Below, piece after piece: positions 1-10,547 of a stretch of 64,000 bases of DNA; within the stretch, counting starts at the first letter, position 1; every line of letters begins with the position of its first letter. The notes under the pieces are model-generated. The model ran no database searches. It worked only from the letters and a program-made list of their open reading frames with translations, and had not been told where the DNA came from. The position numbers were made by a program, and so were the translations under genes. Source of the DNA: Polymyxa betae A26-41 (lineage: Eukaryota > Protista > Endomyxa: Phytomyxea); assembly GCA_003693705.1 (NCBI GenBank), contig RBZT01000219.1, positions 57,697 through 121,696 of the forward strand, in the 5' to 3' direction.

Positions 1-52
1 TAAACCGAACTCTCTTATACGGTAGTTAGCAGCTGCGGTGCTTGTTCCGGGT

Positions 53-1084
53 TCAGCCAAATATATACCAAAGAGTAAATAGCATACAGGCCGCGATTAT
101 CGCAGCCAATACGATTCGGTCTCGTTGCTGATATCTACGGGGATATCTATCAGCTTTGACACATACCTCATCCGAGGAAAACGAACCTCCTTATCCTTGT
201 CATTGTATTCTGAATAAGAGGAAACCTTTGGACTAGTTCATTCAGCTTGCTGGCCGTATTACTGAACGTCCCTTTCTGCCACGATAAGTGCTCGCGAGTA
301 GCTTCAGCACGCCTAGAATCGATAAATTAGCGGATGGCAACGAAAGAGATAGTGGTCTTTGTTTTACCCGATTAGCTCATCGATCACGTTAATAGACGCA
401 TGCAATTGATTCTGTTCGCGAAGTAATATTTCGGTCTCAGACTTGCTGCCTTCCTGCCGAGAAGAATTCCCAGCAAACAATTCAGCCCGCTGAAGACTGG
501 ATTGGAGCGATGCCTGCAATGGAATTCGTTATGACATCAGTGATCCTTACCAGAGCGAGAGCATACTCGAGTCCTGTTGAATTCCAATTGGTAATCCCGA
601 TGAACTTCACGAAACCGATCAACAGCACGTTCCATATTGACGGGTGGAGGAACCGCGCCCGACGTCATGGCATCGGTCATTCGAGAGATAATTTCTTCTA
701 GCTACACGAAATATCAATTTTCCTACAGATTGTAAATGGCATTATAATAGCAAAAGGTTGCTTCGTGACTAATAATGGAAACAAAGAGTTGACGAGTAAA
801 CAAGCTGTTCGATGTCGAATTCGAAACTGATAAAAAAAGGAATTTGAATGTTCAAATCTTCCTGGACGAACCTTATTCAGCAATTCCTCGATGGTCTTCT
901 GTAAAGAATGGGCATCTTCCTGCAACTCATCCCGTCCTCCAGTTCCCAGACTGATCGAAGCCTGAACCTGCCTTAGGACGCCGACATTCAACTTGGCCAG
1001 CTCATCAAGCTTAGAATAGATCTGCTTTTCCAAGCGACGCGCCTGCAGCCGATATCCATCGAGATCGGACCCGATCGAGTCCAT
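53..1084 (-). CDS. GOS1: Golgi SNARE GOS1/GOSR1 (Qb-SNARE), multi-exon
   Basis: N-term MDSIGSDLDGYRLQARRLEKQIYSKLDEL; spliced middle RFREVHRDYQLEFNRTR...LLREQNQLHASINVIDELI; C-terminal TM anchor RRYQQRDRIVLAAIIAACMLFTLWYIFG*. Confidence 0.85.
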
Positions 1085-1671
1085 GCCAGGCACCGACTTT
1101 CAACTCGTCTCAGTCTGATATGGAAAGGCCGCACCGCTCTATAAATCCATCATGATGTTTAAAATGCATCTCCGATCAGAGTTCTACGAAAGCAAGATTC
1201 GCTATACAAATCTAATGCATGCTCAAAGATTTTAGCTAAGGGAAGGCTCCCATAGAAATTTATCATGGTGAAACGGTTATCGTCTGATCGTTATTGAACT
1301 GAAATGACTTTCATGGCCCAATATACCCGGGGCTGATACCATGGCGAGCTGCACCCGAACTGTCTGTCTGCTCGACACACAGTTCGAGCGCCTGGCCGTC
1401 TTCAACCAAACAGAACCGCGATCGTACATTGTCCCTGGTCATTGCAGGTCCAGGCTTTCCGGCTGGTCTGTCTCCCAAACCTGCGCCTCTGTCACTGCGC
1501 ATATCAGATCACGCCTCCTACAGCTGCTTTAATCGGTTGTTGTCCATCGTCGGCAAGTTCCGGGCCCTATCACCGTCGCCAATTTCTGCACCTGTTAAGA
1601 TCGTCTTTCCTCCAACGACGATCTTCTCTTGTTTCGTGCGACGGTTAACAACCGTCGGCTCCCGGTTGTTT

Positions 1672-2429
1672 ATGACGACTGGACAGCGGCCGCTGGTCGT
1701 GGTAGGGCCGAGCGGTGTCGGTAAAGGAACTTTACTCAACAAGCTTCGAGAGCGATTCCCAAATGCTTTCGGCTTCAGCGTCTCACATACGACCCGTTCA
1801 CCCCGAGCCGTAAGGCTTCGTTTATCAGCGTCATAGACTTCCATTAACCCACATGGTGGCTTGCAGGGCGAGATCAATGGCGTCAATTACCACTTCGTCA
1901 CTAAAGAACAGATGCAGGCAATGATCAATGCGAACATGTTCATCGAACATGCCAATGTAAGTTCAATACGGTTACTGGTCGCTAATTGTTTCTTAATAAA
2001 TGGGGACTTACAGGTCCATGACAATCTGTATGGAACATCACTTGCCTCGATCGATGCTGTGCAGAATTCCGGCAAGATCTGCCTGCTGGAAATTGATGTC
2101 CAGGGCGCTGAACGTATTCATGAGGCCAAAGTCCCAGCTCGATTCTTATTCATTTCTCCTCCTAGTGCCGATATTCTTAGGTTAGCCTAGCGAGGAAAAG
2201 TCGATGGTCGCTCAACATAGTTTGATGTATTGGCAGGGATCGACTGGTTGGACGCGGGTCGGAATCGAAGGAATCGCTGGGGCTGCGGTTGAAGAACGCC
2301 ATGGGCGAGCTGGAATTCTATAAGAAGGCGGGATTCTTTGATGCCAATATTGTTAATGATGATCTGGAAGAGGCCTTCAAAAGGCTCGAAAAAACCGTAA
2401 TGGATTGGTACCCTCATTTAAAGCATTAA
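1672..2429 (+). CDS. GUK1: Guanylate kinase (3 introns; possible longer N-terminus from 1341)
   Basis: [16 protein letters not shown]-loop, [39 protein letters not shown]; ends MDWYPHLKH*. Confidence 0.95.
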
Positions 2430-3075
2430 AAAAATCCACGGATCATCATGATGTATTCTTCGGCAGCGGTTGAGAAAGATTAGCACAGCGGTAGGCAGAT
2501 AGATGTTAGATACGGTAATCGGAAAAGACCATCATAGTGATAGAAGCTGCAGTGAAGGAATATCCAGAAATCGGGCACCATCTACCTACCTTCGAATGCC
2601 GTGTCGTTGATATTAAAATGTGTCGGGGTTTAGCCTATCTTCCTTTCGCGATTAAGGTAACGACTTTTTGATTGGTTCTATTCCACGTGTTGCTGTTTGT
2701 GGATTTTGTTTAACTTGAACTATTTCTCCAGCAACTAAAGGACATGATTTGTGACCAACAGTGACTTATCCACCTGTTCTCGTAAACATTGTGCCAGCAA
2801 ATACAAGTTGGTCTTAACCCAATAGACAAGTAGACTATGAAGCTTGGCCAAAGCATTCTACTATTGTAGTGCAAGCGGTCAGAAGGTATCACAAAAGGAA
2901 AATCACGAGCTTCTTCTACATTATTCGCGCCTTTACGAAACAAGATGGCGCAGTTTGTTGTGCGTCTAGCAGTATTGTAGATGCGTAAGTGCGAGGCTGT
3001 CTGTGAATATTATTTCTGTTACAGAGAGAGAGAATAGAGAGACATTGTTACTCTGTTTATGCATCAGATCGACAT

Positions 3076-4036
3076 ATGGTCTCTAATCATGACCAATACA
3101 ACGAGACCATGACCGATGATCACGATTCTGTCGTTAGTCAGCTAAAGCAGGAGATCCAGAGGCTAACGGCTTCTAGCAATCAAGCCGCCCAATCCCATGA
3201 GCAGCAGGTATTCCTGGCCCTGCTGCCACTTTCACATAATTCTTATACTCTCCTCGTAGCTCTATGCAGCTGAAATTACAATTGCTGCTCGGGAGAAAGA
3301 GCTCGATCAGCTCTACAAACACGTGCACCAGCTGACGGCCGAAAACGAAGCCCAATCCGGGTCCATACATGATAGAAGTGGTCTTGAAGAGTCGAGGAGA
3401 GAGCTGGACGCTGCTCAGAAATACGCTGCCAGCGTATCGACGTCCTTACACCACACTCAGCAGAAATTGAAGAATGCGGAGAACTTGCTCGCCTCGCTTC
3501 GGCCCCAACTTGACGCCGCCAACAATCATATCAAATCGTTAACGGGCGAGAATCAGCGCCTTCGCAGTCAGCTGCTGGGCGCTGATGACGCAATTATGCA
3601 GATTCGTCCACAGCTGGATGCAGCTCGTTCTGAAGCGGCGCGCCTCTCTGAGGAGCTGGATCGGGTTCGGTCGAGTAAAGCGGCCGGCCTTGTCCCATTG
3701 CAGAATCAACTGCAAGAAGCCGAGACGCATATCGCCAAGCTCGATTCCGAGCTGGTGGCGGTCGACCGGGCCCGGTTCGAATTCGAAACAGAATGCGTTC
3801 GCCTGCGCGAGTTGCTGAGATTTAGCGGCGGTCTTGGACCACAACTGTCGAGAGAGATTGAGAGGCGACAGGCCGCCCAGCACGATCTTTTAAAGCTCGA
3901 TAAATACTGCAGGTATCTGCGCGAGCAGATCGCCATGATGCAGGCTGGCAAGCCGCTAAAATCGTTTCCACCACCTCCGCATCCTTACGCCCCCACAGGC
4001 GAGATGCCGCCATCACCGCTCGATCGCATACGATAA
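3076..4036 (+). CDS. Uncharacterised coiled-coil protein with Pro-rich C-terminus (1 intron about 3208-3259)
   Basis: ORFs 3076-3273 and 3323-4036 joined by a GT-AG intron; long heptad pattern. Confidence 0.7.
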
Positions 4037-4254
4037 CGTTTTTAGATTCAGGATAGAAGATTACCCACCATTCATCGTTAAACAATCTACATTATTCTAC
4101 TTGTTTACTAATCGTATGATATCTTATTGAACATTTATTACAATGAGCGTCGATTTTGACGTTTTGGTCACACAGGTTTGATGTTTCCAGCTTGACTCGA
4201 TTGACGATCGCCAATCGCCAATCGCATGTACTTCTTTCGGTGATGATGTTGAGA

Positions 4255-4806
4255 TTATTGTAGCGGTTCGGGATAGTTGGCTTGAAGAAATCTCAAGGTG
4301 GCCTGTGCTTGATGTTCGGCAGCGATATCAACACAGTAACGAACAGCAGATGAACGTAATTCAGGTGGTAGTTGAACCATCAGATATTGAATAGCGAATA
4401 GATTGGAGTATTTAGATGCTATTCGTAGGTGTGTCAGATCCCAATAATAACCTTCTCGAACATTTTGTCGCAAGCGTTGAATATCGTTATTGACGATAAA
4501 CCACTTATCGACCTTGGGCAATGTCGCCCGATCTTTGAAATATCGCCGCAGACGGTATAAATCGTTTCGGGTCGCGGATTGATTTCGAATCCGGTTGTCA
4601 TACTGGACCGTAATGGGATGTACGTCAGACCTGCCTGCGATATTCTCACTATTATCAGATGATGGTCTCTGTGTAGTGATTGATGTCCTTCTGCCATTCA
4701 GATTGAGTTTAGTTGCAGCTGCCAATAAGCAGGTCCAGATGAATGTCGCTGACGTCACCGCCTGCGACATGATCGCACTCAGTGTCGCCCCCCGAACCGA
4801 TATCAT
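4255..4806 (-). CDS. Putative secreted protein with degenerate ankyrin-like C-terminus
   Basis: 183-aa single-exon ORF; hydrophobic N-terminal stretch AVTSATFIWTCLLAAA; LRIASKYSNLFAIQYLM and VDIAAEHQAQATLRFLQ resemble ankyrin helix pairs. Confidence 0.5.
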   Translation of the reverse strand: MISVRGATLSAIMSQAVTSATFIWTCLLAAATKLNLNGRRTSITTQRPSSDNSENIAGRSDVHPITVQYDNRIRNQSATRNDLYRLRRYFKDRATLPKVDKWFIVNNDIQRLRQNVREGYYWDLTHLRIASKYSNLFAIQYLMVQLPPELRSSAVRYCVDIAAEHQAQATLRFLQANYPEPLQ

Positions 4807-5126
4807 CGATTTCTGCGAGATCTCTGCAATAACCGGACGTGCTGACGTGGCCCCTGCCCTGAGCTAAACGTTGCAGCTGCAGCATCAGCAGGTTCAGAGT
4901 AGATCTTGGTTGCGCTTCATACTCAGCCGGTAACGATACACAGTTAGACTGCACCGGGCCAGTACCGCAGCTGCTCTACTGCTGGTAATGTATGCTGGAC
5001 TGGAAAAGGCCAGCCCGACCCCAACGATACAGTAATCATCTCATGGCCCTGAAAGATATGTTGTCGGGGTCGTTGTAGTACGCTGAGGATCCAAGGTGGT
5101 TAACGACCAGGATCAGGTCGGCCTGG

Positions 5127-6275
5127 ATGGCGCCGTTTCGGCCGAAATCAGCGCTGGGCGCGTCTGTATCACAGGCTCAGCTACCTGTTGTACCATCACG
5201 TCCAAAGACATCATTACTGCAACGTTCTTCGAAATCTGAGACGACCTTATCCATGCCTGGCAATGCTGATCCCCGTAGGGCACCGCCACCGCCTCGCCTA
5301 CAACGCTCCGAGTCGGCGAAATTTCGTCGGCAGCGATCGGCAGCTGGACGTCGTTTGATCTCATGCCTGAATGATGAATGTCCTGGGATATCAAACAGTG
5401 TCAGATTCCTTCCACGACATCAGATTCATGATAGACGTTTCTATCGATGCAATCAAGAGAATTTCTGGAATAACATCTGGCGAGTTCCAAAATCACGTTT
5501 AAAGTATTTGACACCAATTGTTAACAATCAATGTATGTCTAGATGTATGTACCAGATCACAATATTTAATTCAACAGATGCCATCGATGCAATTGACGCC
5601 CGATTTCATGAACAACGCGACGACGATAAAGATGAGGAGCGTCTGCGTCGTGAACGTCATGATGAGATTCTATCACAATTCCGAGTGCAACGATTGAAGA
5701 ATGTAAAGCGTGATCTTCGTTGTAGGTATCCTACTACATGTTTGGCTGGTAGAAGAGAACCTTTAGCTATTCGAATATACAAGACAGAATCAGCAGCTGC
5801 TCTTCATCAGAAACAGGTCGGTGTTTCATTATCATCAACAGAATAGTTGCTGATAAAGATCGAGGTTAGATCTGTGATAGATTATCACATCCACGACAAC
5901 GTCGAAACCGTCCTGAATGTTCAAGTTCCGATATGATAGAATATCGTGGTCTTATTGTTGGTGATGATATTGATTATTTCTACAAAGATCAATATGATAC
6001 AACTAATGCAGCTCTGGCATATGCTCATGATGTTTATCGATCTATGTTTCCAGACCAGGAGAAGTTTGTGAAATAGGTCGAGGTCACATTACCGAGCTGA
6101 CATACATTCTAGGATGCAAGAGACAAATGATGAAATGGAAGTGCACGAGGGCCGACCTGTCAGGTGTCTGAGGCGACGTCAAAGCACCGGATCAATAACC
6201 AAGATCGCGGATGAGACACGACGGGAACTGAATGATTTCGAGACGCGGCTGATTATTGCCAATAGAGGGGGTTAG
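5127..6275 (+). CDS. Uncharacterised basic protein, multi-exon
   Basis: 239-aa ORF continued through GT-AG introns (about 5817-5869 and 6077-6111) to ...ELNDFETRLIIANRGG* at 6275. Confidence 0.55.
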
Positions 6276-6326
6276 CTAACAGCCATAATAGAGAGCGGTA
6301 GAAATCAGCAATAAAATACAGATGAA

Positions 6327-7552
6327 TTAATCGAATGGAAGAAGTCGGATATTGGATGATGCAGCGATAGCGCTAGGTACAGGAATACCACAACATGTTG
6401 GAAATTCATTCTCCAAGCAGCAGTGAGCGTCATCGGAGCGTTCTGTACCGCCATTGAAGGCGATTAACGACCCGAACATGAAATGCTGCATGATGGGAAG
6501 TTTTGAGAGAACTTCACCTCGATACATCTTGATCATGCCTGAGTTAACCTTCTCCCATGTCTTAATAGCAGATATATCATCTAACATTGGTGAATGCCAT
6601 CGCAATGATGCTACTGTCTTCACTGAATTAATGAATTGTATACAGGCAAAATATAGATATTGAGGTGCTAGCTGTGTTACTACCTCACTGCTTCGAATGG
6701 CGCGAGGACGGCAGAACCTATGTCCTGAGAGACGATTTCAAACCCTAAAACCCTAACCCAGACCCTTATACCGATCAACTGCGCCGACCCGAATAGAAAC
6801 GGCAGAAAGTGATAATCATCGAGTCCCCAAACACCATGAGATCCAGCAGGCTCAAGCCAGTACTTGAGCTGTAGTTGACGCATCACATCCATGTACCTAT
6901 ATAGTGACAGTTCGCTGCCGTACTGGGCCCGGAGCAACAAATATAAGCCGAAACCAACCTAGCAAATACGCATAGAACAAGATCGGTATCATCATCAGAT
7001 GTAATAACACCGATCTGATCTAAACAGAGCAAGAACGAGAGGAAATTGACTTCATGTCCGGTCCCATAATCAATTCGCTGCCGATTTCCAAAACTCTCTT
7101 GCAGATAGACACCGATCTCGACGATGGCTTCGGGCGGCTGTACGATCGGCGCCAATAGAGACGATTGGTTTGAAGCGAGACGATCGTAGAAGAGGCGAAA
7201 GGCCGGATTGCCAAATCGTGATTGGTTGTTGTCTTGGGCGGGAATATCATCAATCCATTTTAATAATGTATCCAGCAATGATAATATCAACATAATCACC
7301 TACAGAGCTTGATTTAGTATAGAGAAAGTGGTGAGATAAATGGGCGACCTTGGATGGTGTCCTGCTTACGAGACGATCGGATGAAATAGGCACACCAATC
7401 ACTGAGCTGTTTAGGCGTTCGATGAAAGATATGAAGAGCTGACAACAGCTGGATGCCAGGAAAGCATCGAGGTCTTCACGAGATCCAATCCGTTTCGATG
7501 GTTTTCGGAATTGATTGGATTTTGAATCTGCATGGAGTCTATGAGGATTCAT
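6327..7552 (-). CDS. PTPA: PP2A phosphotyrosyl phosphatase activator (PTPA/RRD)
   Basis: [78 protein letters not shown]. Confidence 0.95.
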
Positions 7553-8216
7553 GAAGATGTTATTGATATCATCAGACAGTAACATCAACAAATAGGCGCA
7601 ACTTTTCAGGAATCCTGTTTTGGATAACTCGAATTTGTCGTAAGTCGGAAAAAAATAAAACGATTCCACAGGAGGGTTCAAAGAAATTTTTTGAGCAATA
7701 AGCAAGCTGTCGATGCATGATATCATGTGTGTCTGTATGTCAAAAGATTGCATTAAATGACAAGCATGGTATTGTGCTAGTTCAAAACACTGGTTTTCTA
7801 GCGCCATCACATGGCCTGCACTGCTGCAGCAAAATCGTCTATAGATCTTGAAGACCGGTCGTCAACACCAATCGTATATTCGCTGAGTTTACTTTTAATG
7901 GTTGCGATCGCGACACAATGCTGAGAAGTCCAGATTGTCTAAATAACATTCCTTTTGTTCACATTATCGATCATATGTAGTCTGCAAACTCCACAAGTTC
8001 GTTTCGCAGAAATTTGAGCATTTTTATAGGAAAATTGGAGTTTGCGTCCCGTCACGGAAGCTGGTTGCTGAATCACTACATCCGGTTTGTATAGAACCGG
8101 AACTTCAGCATTCGTATTGAGCTGTTGTTTGTAGTAGCAAGCTGTGAGTGACGACTCTCTCCATATTTTGTCATATTCTCATATCAGAATCCAGACGGAG
8201 AGCATATCAGGTGATC

Positions 8217-9292
8217 ATGGAGCCCGCTGTTGCTGTTGGTATCATTGCCAATATTGCCAGCTCGGTCGGTATCGTCTTGTGCAACAAGTTTGTCTGGACA
8301 CGATTCGGTCAGACCATGGTTCTTTCATTGAATTAAGCCGAACCTGAAACCATTATTAGGCTATAACTTTGTCGTGACATTGTCGTTTATGCATTTCCTA
8401 ACCACAGCTCTTACAACACGAATCCTGCTGCGCTTAAAAATGTTCGAGTACAGGCCAGCGCCATTATCTGGCCTGTTGCCGGTCTCAATCGGGACGCTTG
8501 GAAGCGTCATTTTCATGAACTGTATTCTGATACACTTCTCTAAGTCTTGTAAACTGATTATCTTGATAGTGAACTTAGCGAAGAATTCGGTGGGATTCTA
8601 TCAAGTATCAAAGCTGGCATGTATTCCAGCTACATTGGTGCTGCAATATATTCTTCATCGGAAACAGGTCTCGTATGAGACCAAACTGTCCTTATTGGTG
8701 ATTCTATTGGGCGTCGGTATCTCGACTATTGCAGAGATCTCCATTAATGGTGATATCATGATTACTGGCGATATTGCTGAGTCTTCTGACATTGTTTCAT
8801 ACAGCTCTGGGATTGACGTTCGCCACAATCGCGGTCCTATTCACAGCTCAGGGACAGATCTTCACGAACACATCACAGCAGCAGATGGGTCTCGATTCTA
8901 TGCAGCTTCTCTACCATACTAGCCCTCAGATTGCACTCGGCATGTTCGTCTGCATCTTTTTGTTCGAGGATATTGTCTCCATTGTTGAATTCGAATATTC
9001 ATCCGCTCTTGTGTCACTAGTTCTATTAACGTGTGCATTAGCCGTTCTAGTGAATATTTCCAATTATCTGGTGATTGGGAAGACATCACCAATCACATAT
9101 CAAGTCGTGGGCCATTCCAAGACCTGCTTAGTACTGATTTTGGGCTTCATTATCTTCCAGCAGCCGGTGACCTGGAGGTCTGTCATGGGAATCGCCACGG
9201 CCATGGCTGGTGTCATCTGGTACGGCGAGATCAAACGTGGCGAGTCGAAAAAGCCAGCTTTGCCTCAATACACGTCGGTCCCCAAAGAATAA
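8217..9292 (+). CDS. Nucleotide-sugar/triose-phosphate transporter family (SLC35E3/UXT-like)
   Basis: NIASSVGIVLCNK, NSVGFYQVSKLACIP, VIGKTSPITYQVVGHSKT; multiple TM helices. Confidence 0.9.
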
Positions 9293-9307
9293 AAGCCAAA
9301 TAGGCGT

Positions 9308-10000
9308 TTATTTCATGGCGTCGAGGATCTCTTTGACAGCGTCCTCTGGTAGAACGACGCGTGATTTCACGAACAAATTCTGCTCGGGGAGCTCAATCCC
9401 ATACTTTCGCGCCAATGGCGTCCAGATACGCTGACGAACGTTGATGAACCTGTACGGCCGATAAATGGCAGTGTAATACCATTGAGATGACTAACCAGTT
9501 ACTGACTTGACGAACGGTCATGTGACTTTCTTTCGCTAATGCTTCTTTCTCTTCGTTGGTAGGATATGGCCTCGACATATGATCCAGGAACCATTGCTTC
9601 AGACGTTGTCGATCAGGTTGCATTGTTGCTGGTTGCTGTTGTGCCTCTTCTTCTGGCTGCTGCTGATCCTCTAACGCCACCTGTTCGCGAGTAAGTGGTA
9701 TATGGATTAAGATAGATACAAACATACTCCTTGGATAGTTTCGTTATAATCAGCAGAAATCCGCCCGAGCCTATAGATGGCGGTCTCAACAAGTGAGTTC
9801 AGTAACGGCGCTGGAACATCTCTTTGAAGACGTTTCACGATTTCGTCAGCGAACGTTTGGTATTCTTTTACATTCTTTTGCAATATTTCATTAATATGTG
9901 GACTGGCAGATGACAATGTCGCCTATCAAATGAGATTTAGGCAATTTGCAATACGAGCGTCAATTGTTACCTTATCAGAATGTCGCCTTGGCAGTGTCAT
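9308..10000 (-). CDS. TALE-class homeodomain transcription factor (5' end uncertain)
   Basis: LKQWFLDHMSRPYPTNEEKEALAKESHMTVRQVSNW/intron/FINVRQRIW: PYP loop and WFIN motif. Confidence 0.85.
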
Positions 10001-10547
10001 TCGGACGTTGCAAGAGAATGTGGTCACGTGATCTGACGATCTGAGGCAGTACTTGGAAACATAACTTTTCCTATGGCGACCATGCAGATAGTAATTAAGC
10101 CAATTGATTCAGCCAAAATGAGTTAACAACCAGAATAGTCGTTGCTTCAAGGCTTCGCTTCTGTGATGAAACCCATAATATGGGGATCTTTGTTTTGTAG
10201 CTGATAACGAATTCGCTATCGCAACGGGCAGCGCCCTTACTGCTCTACTTTGAAATCGACTTTTCTGGATCACTCATAACCATCGAGCATTGGTATTGGC
10301 ATACAAAAAGCTGCTGTCAGATGTCTAACTTTGAGACCAAGGCGTTTTCGAAAATCCTGTTATTTTTGTCATTCGTCATATACCAACGATAAAAAGGAAA
10401 TAAAGTTTTCGAGATTCTAAATTGACTTCGTCAAAAAATGGGCTTACAAATTGCTTATGGTTGTTACTGTAGGATAGGAAATGAAATCACACTGTTTTTC
10501 GATCCATTGGAGTTTTCAAGTTGTTAACTTCGGTCGATCTTAGAGCG

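Noticed and set aside
7553-7810. N-terminal extension of the PTPA ORF
   Set aside because: Begins at a non-ATG codon in AT-rich promoter-like sequence; family similarity starts after MNPHR
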